Below, one piece after another: positions 1 to 11,790 of a DNA stretch of 64,000 bases; within the stretch, counting starts at the first letter, position 1; each line of letters opens with the position of its first letter. A program made the translations under genes and the position numbers. The stretch lies in contig OX597817.1 in assembly GCA_951406725.2 (NCBI GenBank), positions 62,992,001 to 63,056,000 of the forward strand, given 5' to 3'. This DNA comes from Octopus vulgaris (taxonomy: Eukaryota). The notes under the pieces are model-generated. The model was given only the letters and a program-made list of their open reading frames with translations, did no database searches and was not told where the DNA came from.

Positions 1-53
<53 letters not shown>

Positions 54-57
54 GTGA

Positions 58-146
<89 letters not shown>
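1..146. repeat. (GATA)n microsatellite
   Basis: Direct tandem GATA units. Confidence 0.98.
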
Positions 147-463
147 CAGACAAACAGATGCATACACACATGCATGTATTCATGTATACATACATGCATA
201 TATACATGCATATATATATAGACGCACACAGAGATACACATAGGGACATATGCACACACACACATCCTTATTCGAAACAAAACATAATTTCGTAGTCGAA
301 AACATCAGTGGAGGATCTACGATGTTCCATACTGTTTCCGCTTCACTTTTCAATCATATGTCATTGTTAAATCTGACGCATTCCTCAATCGGACAGTTAC
401 TTACGCATAACGCCGTCGCAGTAGATCGATCCCAGAACTGCAGTTGCAAAGCATGCTTTTTAA

Positions 464-711
464 CTAAGTGACAGCTATTTCTGAGTCCATAGTCGTCACA
501 ATGTTGCATCGATCGTCAATCACATACAACGGTATAGAATAGACGTCACCCACCACACACATACAGTATTTGTATTTTGTAACTTCTATTATTAATTGAT
601 CCAAACAGCGGATAATCCTAGACATTAAATCGCCATTTTTATTGTAAGGACGACACAGAGAGGAAGTCATGCCGATATCCAACAGAGGTCGTCCATTTGT
701 GTCGCTTTTTC
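464..711 (-). CDS. Candidate terminal exon of an unidentified minus-strand gene or pseudogene
   Basis: Non-repetitive, CpG-containing segment after a T-rich tract ending TTATAG; open frame GKSDTNGRPLL...RCLDQLIIEVTKYKYCMCVVGDVYSIPLYVI...EIAVT*; no family recognised with certainty. Confidence 0.25.
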
Positions 712-1480
712 CTATAATCATCAGTATTGTATGAAAATATGAGGTAGATAATATTAAAAAAGGAAAATAGATCATCCTCAAAAGGTTCTCATTTAAAATT
801 CACAAAAGAAACCGATATGAAATGAATGTTTGCTTCATAGACTCAAGAAAAGAAAGAAAGGAACAATAGATTTATAAAACTGCAGTATACAGACAAATAT
901 GTAACCTATATTTTGAATTACCTTTATAAATATGTGTGTGTGTGTGAGTGTGTGTCTGTGTCTGTGTCAGTGTAATGTGGGTGGATGATGGGTGTGCACG
1001 GGAAGGACTGTAGTGTATTCATACTTGTTTATGTAGGTGAGTGTTACGTGTATGTCCTTGCGTGTATGCATTTGTGAGTGCTTTATGTAAGCTTGTTTGT
1101 ATACTTATATATGTGTGTGTATGTATGAGCGTGTGTGTCTGTGCATGCGGTACTATATATAGATATAATATTATATATTAAATATGCATACATATATATA
1201 TGTACATATATATGATATATAACCTACATATCTTTTATACATTTTGTGTAACCAATAAACATATATATGCACATGTAATATATATGTGTGTGTGTGTGTG
1301 TATGTGTATATACAATCACACATGAACACACATACGAACAGAGAGACAGACTGACAGACAGATATATGTCTATAAAGTATGTGCGTGTAAGGAGCTTGGA
1401 TATGTATATATACACATTTGTTTATATATATATGCATATATACACATATATATATATATATATATACATTGATGTGTGTG

Positions 1481-1532
<52 letters not shown>

Positions 1533-1680
1533 TAAATGTTATGAGAAATGCTGGGAAAGTCGATTTTTACAGAGTATTATCTACATTTAATAGAAAAAAT
1601 GTACATGTGTATGGATATAAAATAAAGCGTCTTACAGAATATAAATTATATCAGAAGTTGAATGGGTAGAGTTTTACCAA

Positions 1681-1770
1681 TCCAGCAACTGTTTCTGGGG
1701 GCCTGGTGCTCCGGAATAATGATAGTTACTTGGATCCATTAACAGATAACACCGCCTCCATCTTCAGTGT
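1681..1770 (-). ncRNA. Degenerate hammerhead motif, left arm
   Basis: CTGAAGA-TGGAGGCGGTGT...GCACCAGGCCCCCA-GAAAC-AGTT-GCT-GGA; cleavage triplet mutated. Confidence 0.5.
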
Positions 1771-1814
1771 AAAATTCTTCCAACCACATGGCTCCCTTTC
1801 GAATGTAAAATTCT

Positions 1815-1904
1815 ACGCTGAAGACGGAGGCAATGTTATCCGATAAAGGATCCAAGTAATTATGATTATTGCGGACCACCAAGCTCCCAGAAACAGCTGT
1901 CGGA
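1815..1904 (+). ncRNA. Hammerhead ribozyme motif with extended stem II (degenerate stem I)
   Basis: CTGAAGA(1818)-CGGAGG..65-nt stem II region..CTCCCA-GAAAC-AGCT-GTC-GGA. Confidence 0.6.
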
Positions 1905-2131
1905 CTCGTAAATCTCTACCCATTTAACACCTGACATCATTTATATTCTGAAAGTCGGATTATTTTATATCCATACACATGTACATTTTTTGCTATTAAA
2001 TGTATTTAATATTCTGTGTAAATCGACTCGCCTAACTGCTCACTACATTTATTCATCTACCGGCTCAAGTTCAAATCTCTTGAACATTTCGAGGTGTATT
2101 CTATATAGAGAACACCTGTCTCTAACCTACA

Positions 2132-2189
<58 letters not shown>

Positions 2190-2265
2190 ATATATACATA
2201 TATATGTATTATGTATGTATTAATGGTATAAATGTGAATTTATAGTTATATGTAAATGTGTGTGT

Positions 2266-2465
2266 GTGTGACCGCGTGTGTATCGTTGGCGATTTTCTTT
2301 CTCCGTCTTCCCTTCTTTGGACTTCTTTGTATACTTCTGATGAAGAGCTCCGCTCGAAACGTGAAACCCTTTTTCTTTTCTTTCCTTTCTTGAGCGTCCA
2401 ATAACACTGTACTTATTCCACGTCCTCGCGTTGTCTTTTTCCTTCTAGTTCCTGTTTGAATTGAC

Positions 2466-2466
<1 letters not shown>
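2266..2466 (+). mobile_element. Penelope pLTR-like fragment with minimal hammerhead motif
   Basis: TT-CTGATGA-A-GAGC-tcc-GCTC-GAAACGTG-AAA at 2335-2366; 3' part matches 34053-34133 in reverse; ends in (TA)n. Confidence 0.65.
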
Positions 2467-2551
<85 letters not shown>

Positions 2552-2629
2552 TATATACGCATATACGTATATATGTATGTAAATACATACATGCATGTAT
2601 ATTTGTATACAAGTACATGTACATATAAG

Positions 2630-2687
2630 GAATATATTTCACAATCTATTCTCTAATGAAGATAGCAGATTGTTAGCCATCCTATAC
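2630..2687 (-). CDS. Candidate exon; only the acceptor is well defined
   Basis: TTTATTTTGTCAG|GTATAGG acceptor; phase-1 reading (C)IGWLTICYLH*. Confidence 0.2.
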
Positions 2688-3130
2688 CTGACAAAATAAA
2701 TCTAAAGAAGCATTAGCCCTATAGTTCACCATCACCCTTTTCTCTCACCCCCATGCTGCTAGAAAACAACTGACACAATGCAGTCAATATATATTTATAC
2801 GATCTCGTCTAAAACACTGAGAAAATCACAAATTAAGGTAATGTAATTATTTATTCATGATGTGGAATGGATGTACATATTTATTAAAATAATTCCCTGT
2901 ATATATAGTCCTATTTCCTTCGTTTTACAATTCTCCTCACACAAACAAAGATTCCAGAAATACGTAAAAAGCATTCTTAGATATCTGATGAACCGTAACG
3001 TATAACCAATTCTCAGTTTCGTCTTCTGTGAAGTCTGTAGTAAGAGAGGCAGAAGTGCACATTCTCTTCTAGACCGATAAACTTAGGTGCAGAATTTCAT
3101 TTTGTACGGAACAACACGTAGGGAACTTAC

Positions 3131-3267
3131 ACACATGCGACACAGCGGCCACTCCAACTGATATTAATAAATAGGCATAAATTTGAATGTCTGCCAACTT
3201 TATCTCGAGGATATTATTAATCAGTAAAGATTTTAAACGTAACACAAGTAAAGTATTCCCATCACAA
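3131..3267 (-). CDS. Candidate 137-nt exon with a hydrophobic reading
   Basis: TTTTACATTTCAG acceptor and GT|GTAAGT donor; one open frame CDGNTLLVLRLKSLLINNILEIKLADIQIYAYLLISVGVAAVSHV. Confidence 0.4.
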
Positions 3268-3640
3268 CTGAAATGTAAAACCGAAAGTTATTGCAAGTGC
3301 TATACACAAATAAAGAGATATTCTTGAAACATGAATCAAAATATCTCGGAAAAAATAACAATATTTGTTATATAGAGATTGTGCAACAAGTTACAGATGC
3401 TCTACTAAAATGTTTAATTTCGAAATACCTTAAAAAAATATTCACATTTAGTAAAAAATTAGATATAAAAACTTAGTGACACTACAAGTAAGCTACTTAA
3501 CTACGGTCACTTGTATTAGTTTCTGGAAACGAATGTAAAAGCTAGTTTATAATTATCAAGGATAATAACAATCTCGTGCTCCGTCATCGGCGAAATTTGT
3601 AGCCAGATTGGCAATCAAACACACATACGCATGTACTCAC

Positions 3641-3715
3641 CCACATTCAGATATCTGTATTTTGTTTGACACAAATTATAAAGTACACAAAAATAACGAC
3701 ATGAATGTATAATTA
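3641..3715 (-). CDS. Candidate 75-nt exon
   Basis: GTTGTCTATTACAG acceptor and TGG|GTGAGT donor; phase 1-1 open frame IIHSCRYFCVLYNLCQTKYRYLNV. Confidence 0.3.
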
Positions 3716-3789
3716 CTGTAATAGACAACGATGAACAGTCGACACTTATATAGAACAAATGTGTGTGTACATGTGGATGTATGTGTATA

Positions 3790-3805
3790 GACATGTTCCT
3801 ATATG

Positions 3806-3856
<51 letters not shown>

Positions 3857-3943
3857 CATACATGTACATATATATATATACACACATATATATACATATA
3901 TATATACACACATATATATATATACATATATATATACATATAT

Positions 3944-3974
<31 letters not shown>

Positions 3975-4003
3975 TATATATATTTATATATGTATATGTA
4001 TAT

Positions 4004-4058
<55 letters not shown>

Positions 4059-4068
4059 CATATATATA
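3790..4068. repeat. Compound (TA)n/(CA)n microsatellite
   Basis: Direct inspection. Confidence 0.95.
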
Positions 4069-4340
4069 GTTAAAATAAACAGAAAATAAAAGAGGAAGAC
4101 AGATGAGGGAACAAAAAGCAGGTGTAATAGTTTAACGCTCGGGAAGAATGGAAAAGTCTTTAATGTTTCGAGCCTGTTCTCTTCGAAAGAAATTATTGAG
4201 AGGAATAAATGAAGAGAGAACGAAAAATAAAATGGACAGAGAATGTGTAGGAAATAACGGTTAAACATGATGAAATGGCGAAAAAGAAGAGGCTGGGTGA
4301 TAGGGAGATAATAACGGTAACCCGGCCGATCTAGGATGAG
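4068..4340 (-). mobile_element. Penelope pLTR-like fragment with mutated minimal hammerhead
   Basis: Reverse strand TTT-CTTTCGA-AGAGAACAGGCTC-GAAACATT-AAAGAC at 4159-4192; related to 2266-2466. Confidence 0.55.
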
Positions 4341-4507
4341 CAAGTGCGTGTGTGTATGTGAGAATGGTGTGTGTGAGTATGTATGGGAGTGTGTGTATGT
4401 ATGTGTACAAGTAATCTAATGATGTTTGTGTGGAGTGATGTGCGTTTCGTGTATTTTGTGTGTATGTGTGTCTGCATATGGACGGCTGTATATTGTGGGA
4501 GGCTATC

Positions 4508-4639
<132 letters not shown>

Positions 4640-4665
4640 ACAAACGCTTATGTGTATGTTGTGAC

Positions 4666-5052
4666 GAGAGTCATTGACACCCCTGGGGGATTGGAAGAAT
4701 GGACAAGCCGAACTCTTATAAAGAGTAGTGCATTGGTTGAGACGAGAGATCAGAAGAAATAGTGAGATCATCAGAAGAAACAGAGAAAAATACCTGTAGC
4801 TGGAGGTAACATTCGATATGTGATAATGTGCTTATGTATGCACAGAGAGTCGTAATGCCTACTTCACTACAAGGTCGAATGTTAAAGGGTTTCCACACTG
4901 GATATCCAGGAATTTCTAGAATGAAGTTGCTTATGAGGAGTTACTTTTACTGGCCAAAAATAGATCTAGATATTGAGAAGTTGGTAAAATCCTGCAGAGA
5001 TTGTGCTCTTGCAGAGAAATCACCGCCTATAACGTTTCAACCTTGGCCCAAG
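4666..5052 (+). mobile_element. Ty3/gypsy pol fragment (integrase zinc-binding region)
   Basis: RVVMPTSLQGRMLKGFHTGYPGISRMKLLMRSYFYWPKIDLDIEKLVKSCRDC...QPWP fits the HHCC pattern H-x-G-H-P-G...YWP...CxxC. Confidence 0.88.
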
Positions 5053-5149
5053 AATTACTGACTTTTTGCACACCCACATATTGTTGTCTATCGATGATTG
5101 GGTATAGGAAATATATTATAAAACAAGAAGTTATTGTCTCGATATCTCT

Positions 5150-5506
5150 TTTCCTTCATATCAATAATTGTTTCAGTCATAAAACTGCAGCCATGCAGCC
5201 CACTCCCTTGATAGGTTTAGAAGAACAAATTCACCGCAGTCTGGCATTTAGTCTATTATAAACAAACCAACCATGGTTGTCAACTGGACATATACATATA
5301 CATATATATATGTACATATACACTTGTGTGTGTGTATGTACACATACAAAAGGCTTCTATATAGTTTCCGTCTACCAACTTTACTTACAAAGCATTGGTA
5401 AGCTCGGAGCTCTTGTAGAAGACACTTGTTCAAAGTGCCACATGTTGGAACTAAATCCAAAACCACATGACTGCAAATCAGTTTCCTGCCAACACTGCCA
5501 TACAGC
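5150..5506 (-). mobile_element. SINE family A, diverged copy
   Basis: Reverse match to family A tail (GACTGAAACAA) and body (GGTAGACGGAAACT). Confidence 0.8.
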
Positions 5507-6117
5507 GAACAATTGCAAAAGAATTCTTTTCAGAAATATTGAAGTAGATCGTATATAAAATATTGTTTAATGCATCAAATGTATTCATTCTCTCACCACA
5601 AAAATTCATCTAAACCGCAGGGAACCAAGAACTGTGCTTTTGCGGAGTCGATTGAAAGGCGACATATATTTCATATTGGTAAAATGTTTTGGTCAGTGTA
5701 ATTTAATGGAGATGGAAATGACATGAAGGAATTCCATTTTGTTAATTACTTTTGACTTCAAAAAAGTTTTTAGCACGTGTCATTAAGCACAGCAGCGATA
5801 ATGTAAATAAAAAAATAAGGTAAAAATATAATTTAAATAATGAAACTAGTCACTAAAATTAGCTGCAATATTTCCAATCATTAAATTAAACGTGAAAGAA
5901 AAAAAAAGACATGAACAGTCAACCGTGTCCCCCAAGCTGATGTTCTCTTATGACGTTTTTCTTTTTTGTTTTTCTTGTGTTTATATTTAGTATAAAAATT
6001 AATTTTCAATATAGTTTAGAATTTCCGTTCCATTCGCAAAATGGAATCTTCAATCAAAGTAGAAAGACATAATTTAAAGCTAAGAACATTTCACAATAGG
6101 CATGGATTTACACGATA

Positions 6118-6785
6118 CTAGCTTAAAAGTAGCACTCCGTGCGGATTTTTGAGTTAGCTCCAGCGGAGGACTAATTGGGCCTTCAATGCAAAACTTTCAA
6201 GAGCAATAAAGATCAGCCATTTATTGGTATCCTACCATCTCAGATTTATATCATAGAATTTGGAGAATTTTGCATCACTGTGACATTTGGAGATCACTGT
6301 ATAACAGCAGGATGAACGACGATCTTGGTTTTTACCATTTGGTCTTAGTACGAAGAGTTTGTTGCCATTTCCAACTCTGGAAAAACAAGCATACAGCTGA
6401 CCATGGAAAAAGCACTGCTGCATGAGGTGAAGTCCAACAATTCTGAATGATTGTCTTTAATTGTATTAACGTAGGTAACGGAGGTAACTGTCACGAAGTT
6501 TTGGTGTTAAATTCAAAAAGTTTGGGTCAGTTTTCTAACACAGTATGTCACGTTTATTATTATAGCTAAGGAAGGTAACGCTTGTAAACCGTATGAAACC
6601 TCTCACAGTCACCTTACCTGCCAGACATAGCAGCCCAAATGCTCTTACATCAGATCCCAATGCTGAATGTTCAAGAACCAAATGAAGGTCAATCACGGGA
6701 TAATCCTGATTCCAAAAAGGTATAATATGCCCATGTAGAGCAAATGTTGGCTGAGATGCAGGGGTCCCCGACAGACAGAATTTCA

Positions 6786-6821
<36 letters not shown>
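6118..6821 (-). mobile_element. Internally deleted Helitron with both termini and a Pif1 helicase C-terminal fragment
   Basis: Minus strand A|TC(TA)n...AAGTGAAATTCTGTCTGTC 5' end; CFFHGQLYACFSRVGNGNKLFV helicase motif VI; GCAC-GGA-GTGC hairpin then CTAG|T. Confidence 0.8.
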
Positions 6822-7059
6822 TATATATATAGCAACCCTCCACATTTTCTTGCTTGCTTTCTGGCCACTTTCCTGGTTTTCTAAGCTGTCTTCACAGTCT
6901 TCCTGCATTCCCAAATTCCTTTATTTATGTAGAATACCAACACACGCAGCGCTTAGAAGTTTGTCGTGCGTGTGTGTGGGTGTCTTTGTGTGTGCGTGTG
7001 TGTGTATGTATATATGTATATGCATATGTGTGTGTGTATGTATGTATGCATGCATGTAT

Positions 7060-7342
7060 GTATGTATGTATATCATGTCGTAGAAGACGGGTGAAAGTTT
7101 CGTTATTTCTTGCTGAACAACATGCACGGATTATTTGTTGATAGTGATCAAATGTGTTGTGCTGTACTTTAGTTCACGCTACTCACATTGAATCGCCATT
7201 GTCTGTAAAGGAACTCGGTTTGCTCTTCGTCAGATATCGAAGTGAGGTCAGAGCAACGTGAGATGAAATGTATTTTTGAAGAACACAACGCACCGCTCGA
7301 TTCGCGAATTGAAACCACGATCCCCCGATTGTGAGTGCAACA

Positions 7343-7345
<3 letters not shown>
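7060..7345 (-). mobile_element. tRNA-derived SINE family D (CORE-like), diverged
   Basis: Reverse GATCGTGGTTTCAATTC B-box region followed by GCGTTGTGTTCTT; related to 54775-54890. Confidence 0.6.
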
Positions 7346-7407
<62 letters not shown>

Positions 7408-7456
7408 TGTGTGGTGCGTGTGTACATATATATATGTATGCATGTATGTACATATA

Positions 7457-7544
<88 letters not shown>

Positions 7545-7987
7545 GGCGCAGGCGTGGCCATGTGGTAAGGAGCTAGCTTCCCAACCACATGGTTCCGGGT
7601 TCAGTGGTACCTTGGGCAAGTTTCTTCTACTATACGCTCGGTCCAACCAAAGTTTTGTGAGTGGATTTGGTAAACAGAAACTGAAAGAATCCCGTCACAT
7701 ATACATATATGTATATATACATATGTCTGTGTGTGTGTGTGTATGTGTGTTTATGTATCTTTTTGTCTATGTTTGTCGCCCCGCCACCGCTTGACAACCG
7801 GTGTTGCTGTGTTGGCGTCCCCGTAACTTAACGGTTCCACAAAAGAGACTGATAGAGTAACAACCAAGCTTTAAAAATAAAATAAGTACTGGGGCGGATT
7901 CATACGACTAAAAATTCAAAGCGGTACTCCAGGATGGCCGCGTCCTAATGAATGAAACAAGTAAAAATGTATAATAAAGAGAACAAG

Positions 7988-7989
<2 letters not shown>
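7545..7989 (+). mobile_element. SINE family A (tRNA head, internal TA/TG tract, LINE-like tail)
   Basis: GGCGTGGCCATGTGGTAAG...GGTTCCGGGTTCAG head; shared body and tail with other copies. Confidence 0.9.
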
Positions 7990-8063
<74 letters not shown>

Positions 8064-8071
8064 CGATAAAC

Positions 8072-8372
8072 GTCGCCTTTCTCAAGCCTAACCAGGCTCA
8101 TGGGCCCGGTTTCCCTGTTTCTGTGGCGTATGTGTTCTCCCCAGCTGGACAGGACGCCAGTCCATCGCAGCGTTACTCAAAAAACAGGAAGAGAGAGTGA
8201 GAGAAAATTGTATTGAAAGAATATAACAGGGGTTACCACCCCACCCCCCTGCCGGAGCCTCGTGAAGCTTTTAGGTGTTTTCGCTCAACAAACATACACA
8301 ACGCCCGCTCTGGGAATCGAAACCGCGATCCTCCCACCGCGAGTCCGGTGCCCTAACCACTAGGACATTGCG
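8072..8372 (-). mobile_element. SINE family C (V-domain-like)
   Basis: Reverse CCTAGTGGTTAGGG/GGTTTCGATTCCC A and B boxes; CTGCGATGGACTGGCGTCCTGTCCAG core; related to 15780-16078. Confidence 0.85.
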
Positions 8373-8470
<98 letters not shown>

Positions 8471-9583
8471 TAAGATGTAAACTATTATAATAATCATTGA
8501 ATCTTGAAATATCTTTTTAATAAAACTAAAATATCATGTATAATTGTGTATTTGCATATCTTTCATACACCCGACTGATATAAAGGAATGCTTTATGCAT
8601 CAGTTTCCATCGCGCGGTTTGTTTCGCAGTACCGGCTACCCTTTGGAATAAGTAAATAATTTTGATTAACTTTTGAAGAGTCTGTATAATTTTCATTTTA
8701 AGAATTTCCTTTTTGAAACTATAAAAATTTTTGGAAAAATCCTTTAAGCAATGCAATTTCGAAGTTCGGCAAACTATGTAAGGTGATGCCAATAAACAAT
8801 AACGAAATGGTAAAATATTGTATTACCTTACATAAGTTGTTTAAGGATCATGTAATATTTCGGGAAAGATTCCCTTTTCAAATTTCAGAGCAATATGCTA
8901 TCAGCAGGTCATTCTTTCCGTGGCTATGTTAGTTTACTTTAGTTGCTCAAATCCATTTTTGAAACCATCAAGGTATTTTGCATTTGTTATAGAAAATATT
9001 TTAAGTAGACGTTGTCTATTGCACCATATATAAATTCATAAATTCATTTTTAATTTACATCCACAGGTGAAGCAAAAAATATTTTCCACATACGAAACGA
9101 AATTAATCATCCGAAAATTTTATTGTTTAAATCAACGTAGATAATAATAGAGAGGAAATAATTGTCTATTCTTCCGCAAACTTTTGTCAATTTCTGATGT
9201 TCAAATAATGTAAACAGAACAAGGGGTAAACGTTGGCACGCTTCGTAGAACGGAAAGGAACGTTAGAGAGTGTCGAAGAGAATCGATAAGAGAGGAAGTA
9301 TAAGAGATAAAAAGAGTGTGTGGCGGTGAGAAATATAAAGAAAACAGGATTGGAAAACAATCGCTAAAACTAGTGTGAGCCGGTGTGTAATACAGAAAAA
9401 GCAGAGGCTGAAGTTTCACTTACATTTCTAAATAATACATACAAACCTACATACACATGTATATTATATGTGTGTGTATGTATAACTGCCTATATGCATA
9501 TGTATGTATACACATATATATATATAAATATATGTGTGTGTATAGATAGATAGATAGGTAGATAGATAGATATAATAATAATG

Positions 9584-9617
<34 letters not shown>

Positions 9618-9618
<1 letters not shown>

Positions 9619-9933
9619 CTAACTCAGATACCAGGAAACCCAAAAATGGCAGAAATTCAAAAGATAGTGCTCATGAGAACTGCTCATATCCTATGCAAAA
9701 TACTTTCTATGTAATCTCAAGGTTTAAAACAAACATAATTTTCGGTTTAAAAAAAAAAAAACGGTTTAAAAAAAAATGTTTTTTTCTTTTTTTAGACATT
9801 CATTAGTACACCCCCCAAAAAATATATGGCACACTAGGCATAACAATAACATGAACTTCCAACCTGTTGTCTTTTGAGGTCTCTGGGTGAGACTTGGAGC
9901 CAACTTGTACAAATATAAAGCAAAAGTCAAACA
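9618..9933 (+). mobile_element. R4/Dong-type retrotransposon 3' end in (AAT)n
   Basis: LTQIPGNPKMAEIQKIVLMRTAHILCKILSM* resembles the C-terminus at 47390-47481; AAT tracts on both sides. Confidence 0.8.
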
Positions 9934-10011
<78 letters not shown>

Positions 10012-10016
10012 TAATA

Positions 10017-10057
<41 letters not shown>

Positions 10058-10067
10058 AATGACGATG

Positions 10068-10127
<60 letters not shown>
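9934..10127. repeat. (AAT)n/(GAT)n microsatellite
   Basis: Direct inspection. Confidence 0.97.
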
Positions 10128-10669
10128 TATGCCCTGCAGCAGTACCAGGCACTGGCTTTCATGGCTTCTGATCTTAACTGATTGGAAGTGTTATCTTGCT
10201 GCACATTGCTTTGTCTTGGTATAAAAGATGGGCTACGACAAATATTCTGCTAAAGACCACAAACATACTTGTCAGTTGTTTGACTATAACCATTTGAGGC
10301 TGGCTATATGTGCATCTCTGATCACGAGCAGAAATAGACGGGGTGGGGCATCATAGCCATAAGTTGAGAAAAATTCTTTGGGGTTTGAATAATTCACTTC
10401 CAGAAACATGGGTGTTTTGTTAAACATCCTTAAACAACCTTTATCCAGAGACATTTTGAGCGGGATGAACTACGGAACCTGAAGAAAATTCTTACTGGGC
10501 CCCCCCTACAAGGTCATGCTCTGTTTATCTTGATATGAGAAGACCATGTCGCGCACATATGATTGTTATGGTGTGTGCCTGGTGCACCCTTATCGGACGC
10601 GTGGTCATAATGGGTATACTGGGTTTCGTATATTTTTCCCCAGTGTCACGTGGATGGCTCTCTCACTCA
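10128..10669 (+). mobile_element. AAT-associated non-coding interspersed element (family E), apparently full length
   Basis: Homologous to 15181-15541, 17640-17970 (reverse) and 43588-43800; bounded by AAT repeats. Confidence 0.85.
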
Positions 10670-10685
10670 ATAATAATGGTAATAA

Positions 10686-10870
10686 TCCTTTCTACTATAG
10701 GCACAAGGCCTGAAATTTAGGAGCGGGGACCAGTCGATTTCATCGGCTCCACTGTTCAACTGGAGTGAATGGTAAAGTCTACGTCAGTGGAATTAGAACT
10801 CAGTACGTAAAGACGGGCGAAATGCCGCTAAGACTTTTGCCCGGTGTGCTAACCATCCTGCCAGCTCGCT
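10686..10870 (-). mobile_element. SINE family B, diverged
   Basis: Reverse GCGAGCTGGCAGGATGGTTAGCAC head and GGCCTTGTGCCTATAGTAGAAAGG tail. Confidence 0.8.
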
Positions 10871-11757
10871 GAATAATTTCTATCATCACCACAACCGTCA
10901 CCAACACTCCCATAACCACAACCATCATCATCATCATTATCATCAACATCAATCTATTGTTTTGTCGACCTATGTCGTTGTCCTGATCAATAGACTGCAA
11001 TATCTAGCAACGTCCATCATTTTAATGAATTTTCAGGTAAAGTTTGCGGACCAACGAATGCTCAGGAAACCATAGCAATATAGATGCTTTAATGACGATG
11101 CATTCCACAAAATAAATTAGAATTGGTTTAAAATCCAATAAATATAATAAAATAAATTACCAAACAAAAAAAATACATCTATATATACAATACGATGGAA
11201 GTATTATATTATGTTAGTTGTTCTGATACATACACATTGGCAACAAAGCATTCTGTGAGTAAGTGTCAATATGCATTGCATCCTGTTATATGTGTGCATA
11301 TATGCATTCAGATATGTATATATATACAGGTGCATATGTGTGCACACAGATACACGCACAAACACACGCACGCACACATATATTATATACACATACATGA
11401 ATAAACATACATGATGGGTTACTCTATACTTTTGTAGAGTAAAAATTTAATATCCTTATACAAGAATATTGTTGTCAGGGACGTCAAAGTCTCGGACAGC
11501 TAAGCCATCATCGGACTGTTGACGATTGCTTAGCTGGCCGAAACTAAGACATTCTTAGTTTATATAAATATAAATATAAATATTCATATATAAAATACAA
11601 AATGGGATAAGAACGCAAAGCATCCAGACAGTTAGGTGATACAAAAGTGATACAACAAAACATCCAGATAGACGATACAAAGAAAACAAGGACGGGTCAT
11701 TCGAAGATTTCTTTCCTCAGTCAAGTACCAGATTATCCCGCAATTTCGGCTGATTTA

Positions 11758-11787
<30 letters not shown>

Positions 11788-11790
<3 letters not shown>

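Larger units (their letters stand above)
1558..2028. mobile_element. Fold-back element: two inverted ~220-bp Penelope pLTR-like arms
   Basis: 1558-1776 is an imperfect reverse complement of ~1809-2028; each arm carries CTGAAGA...GAAAC hammerhead boxes. Confidence 0.75.

Noticed and set aside
9766-10204. Poly-N/D/I/L ORFs
   Set aside because: (AAT)/(GAT) microsatellite between two mobile elements
11688-11725. Minus-strand CTGAGGA-AAG..CTT-CGAATGAC hammerhead-like motif
   Set aside because: GAAA box reads GAAT and no stem I pairing is evident
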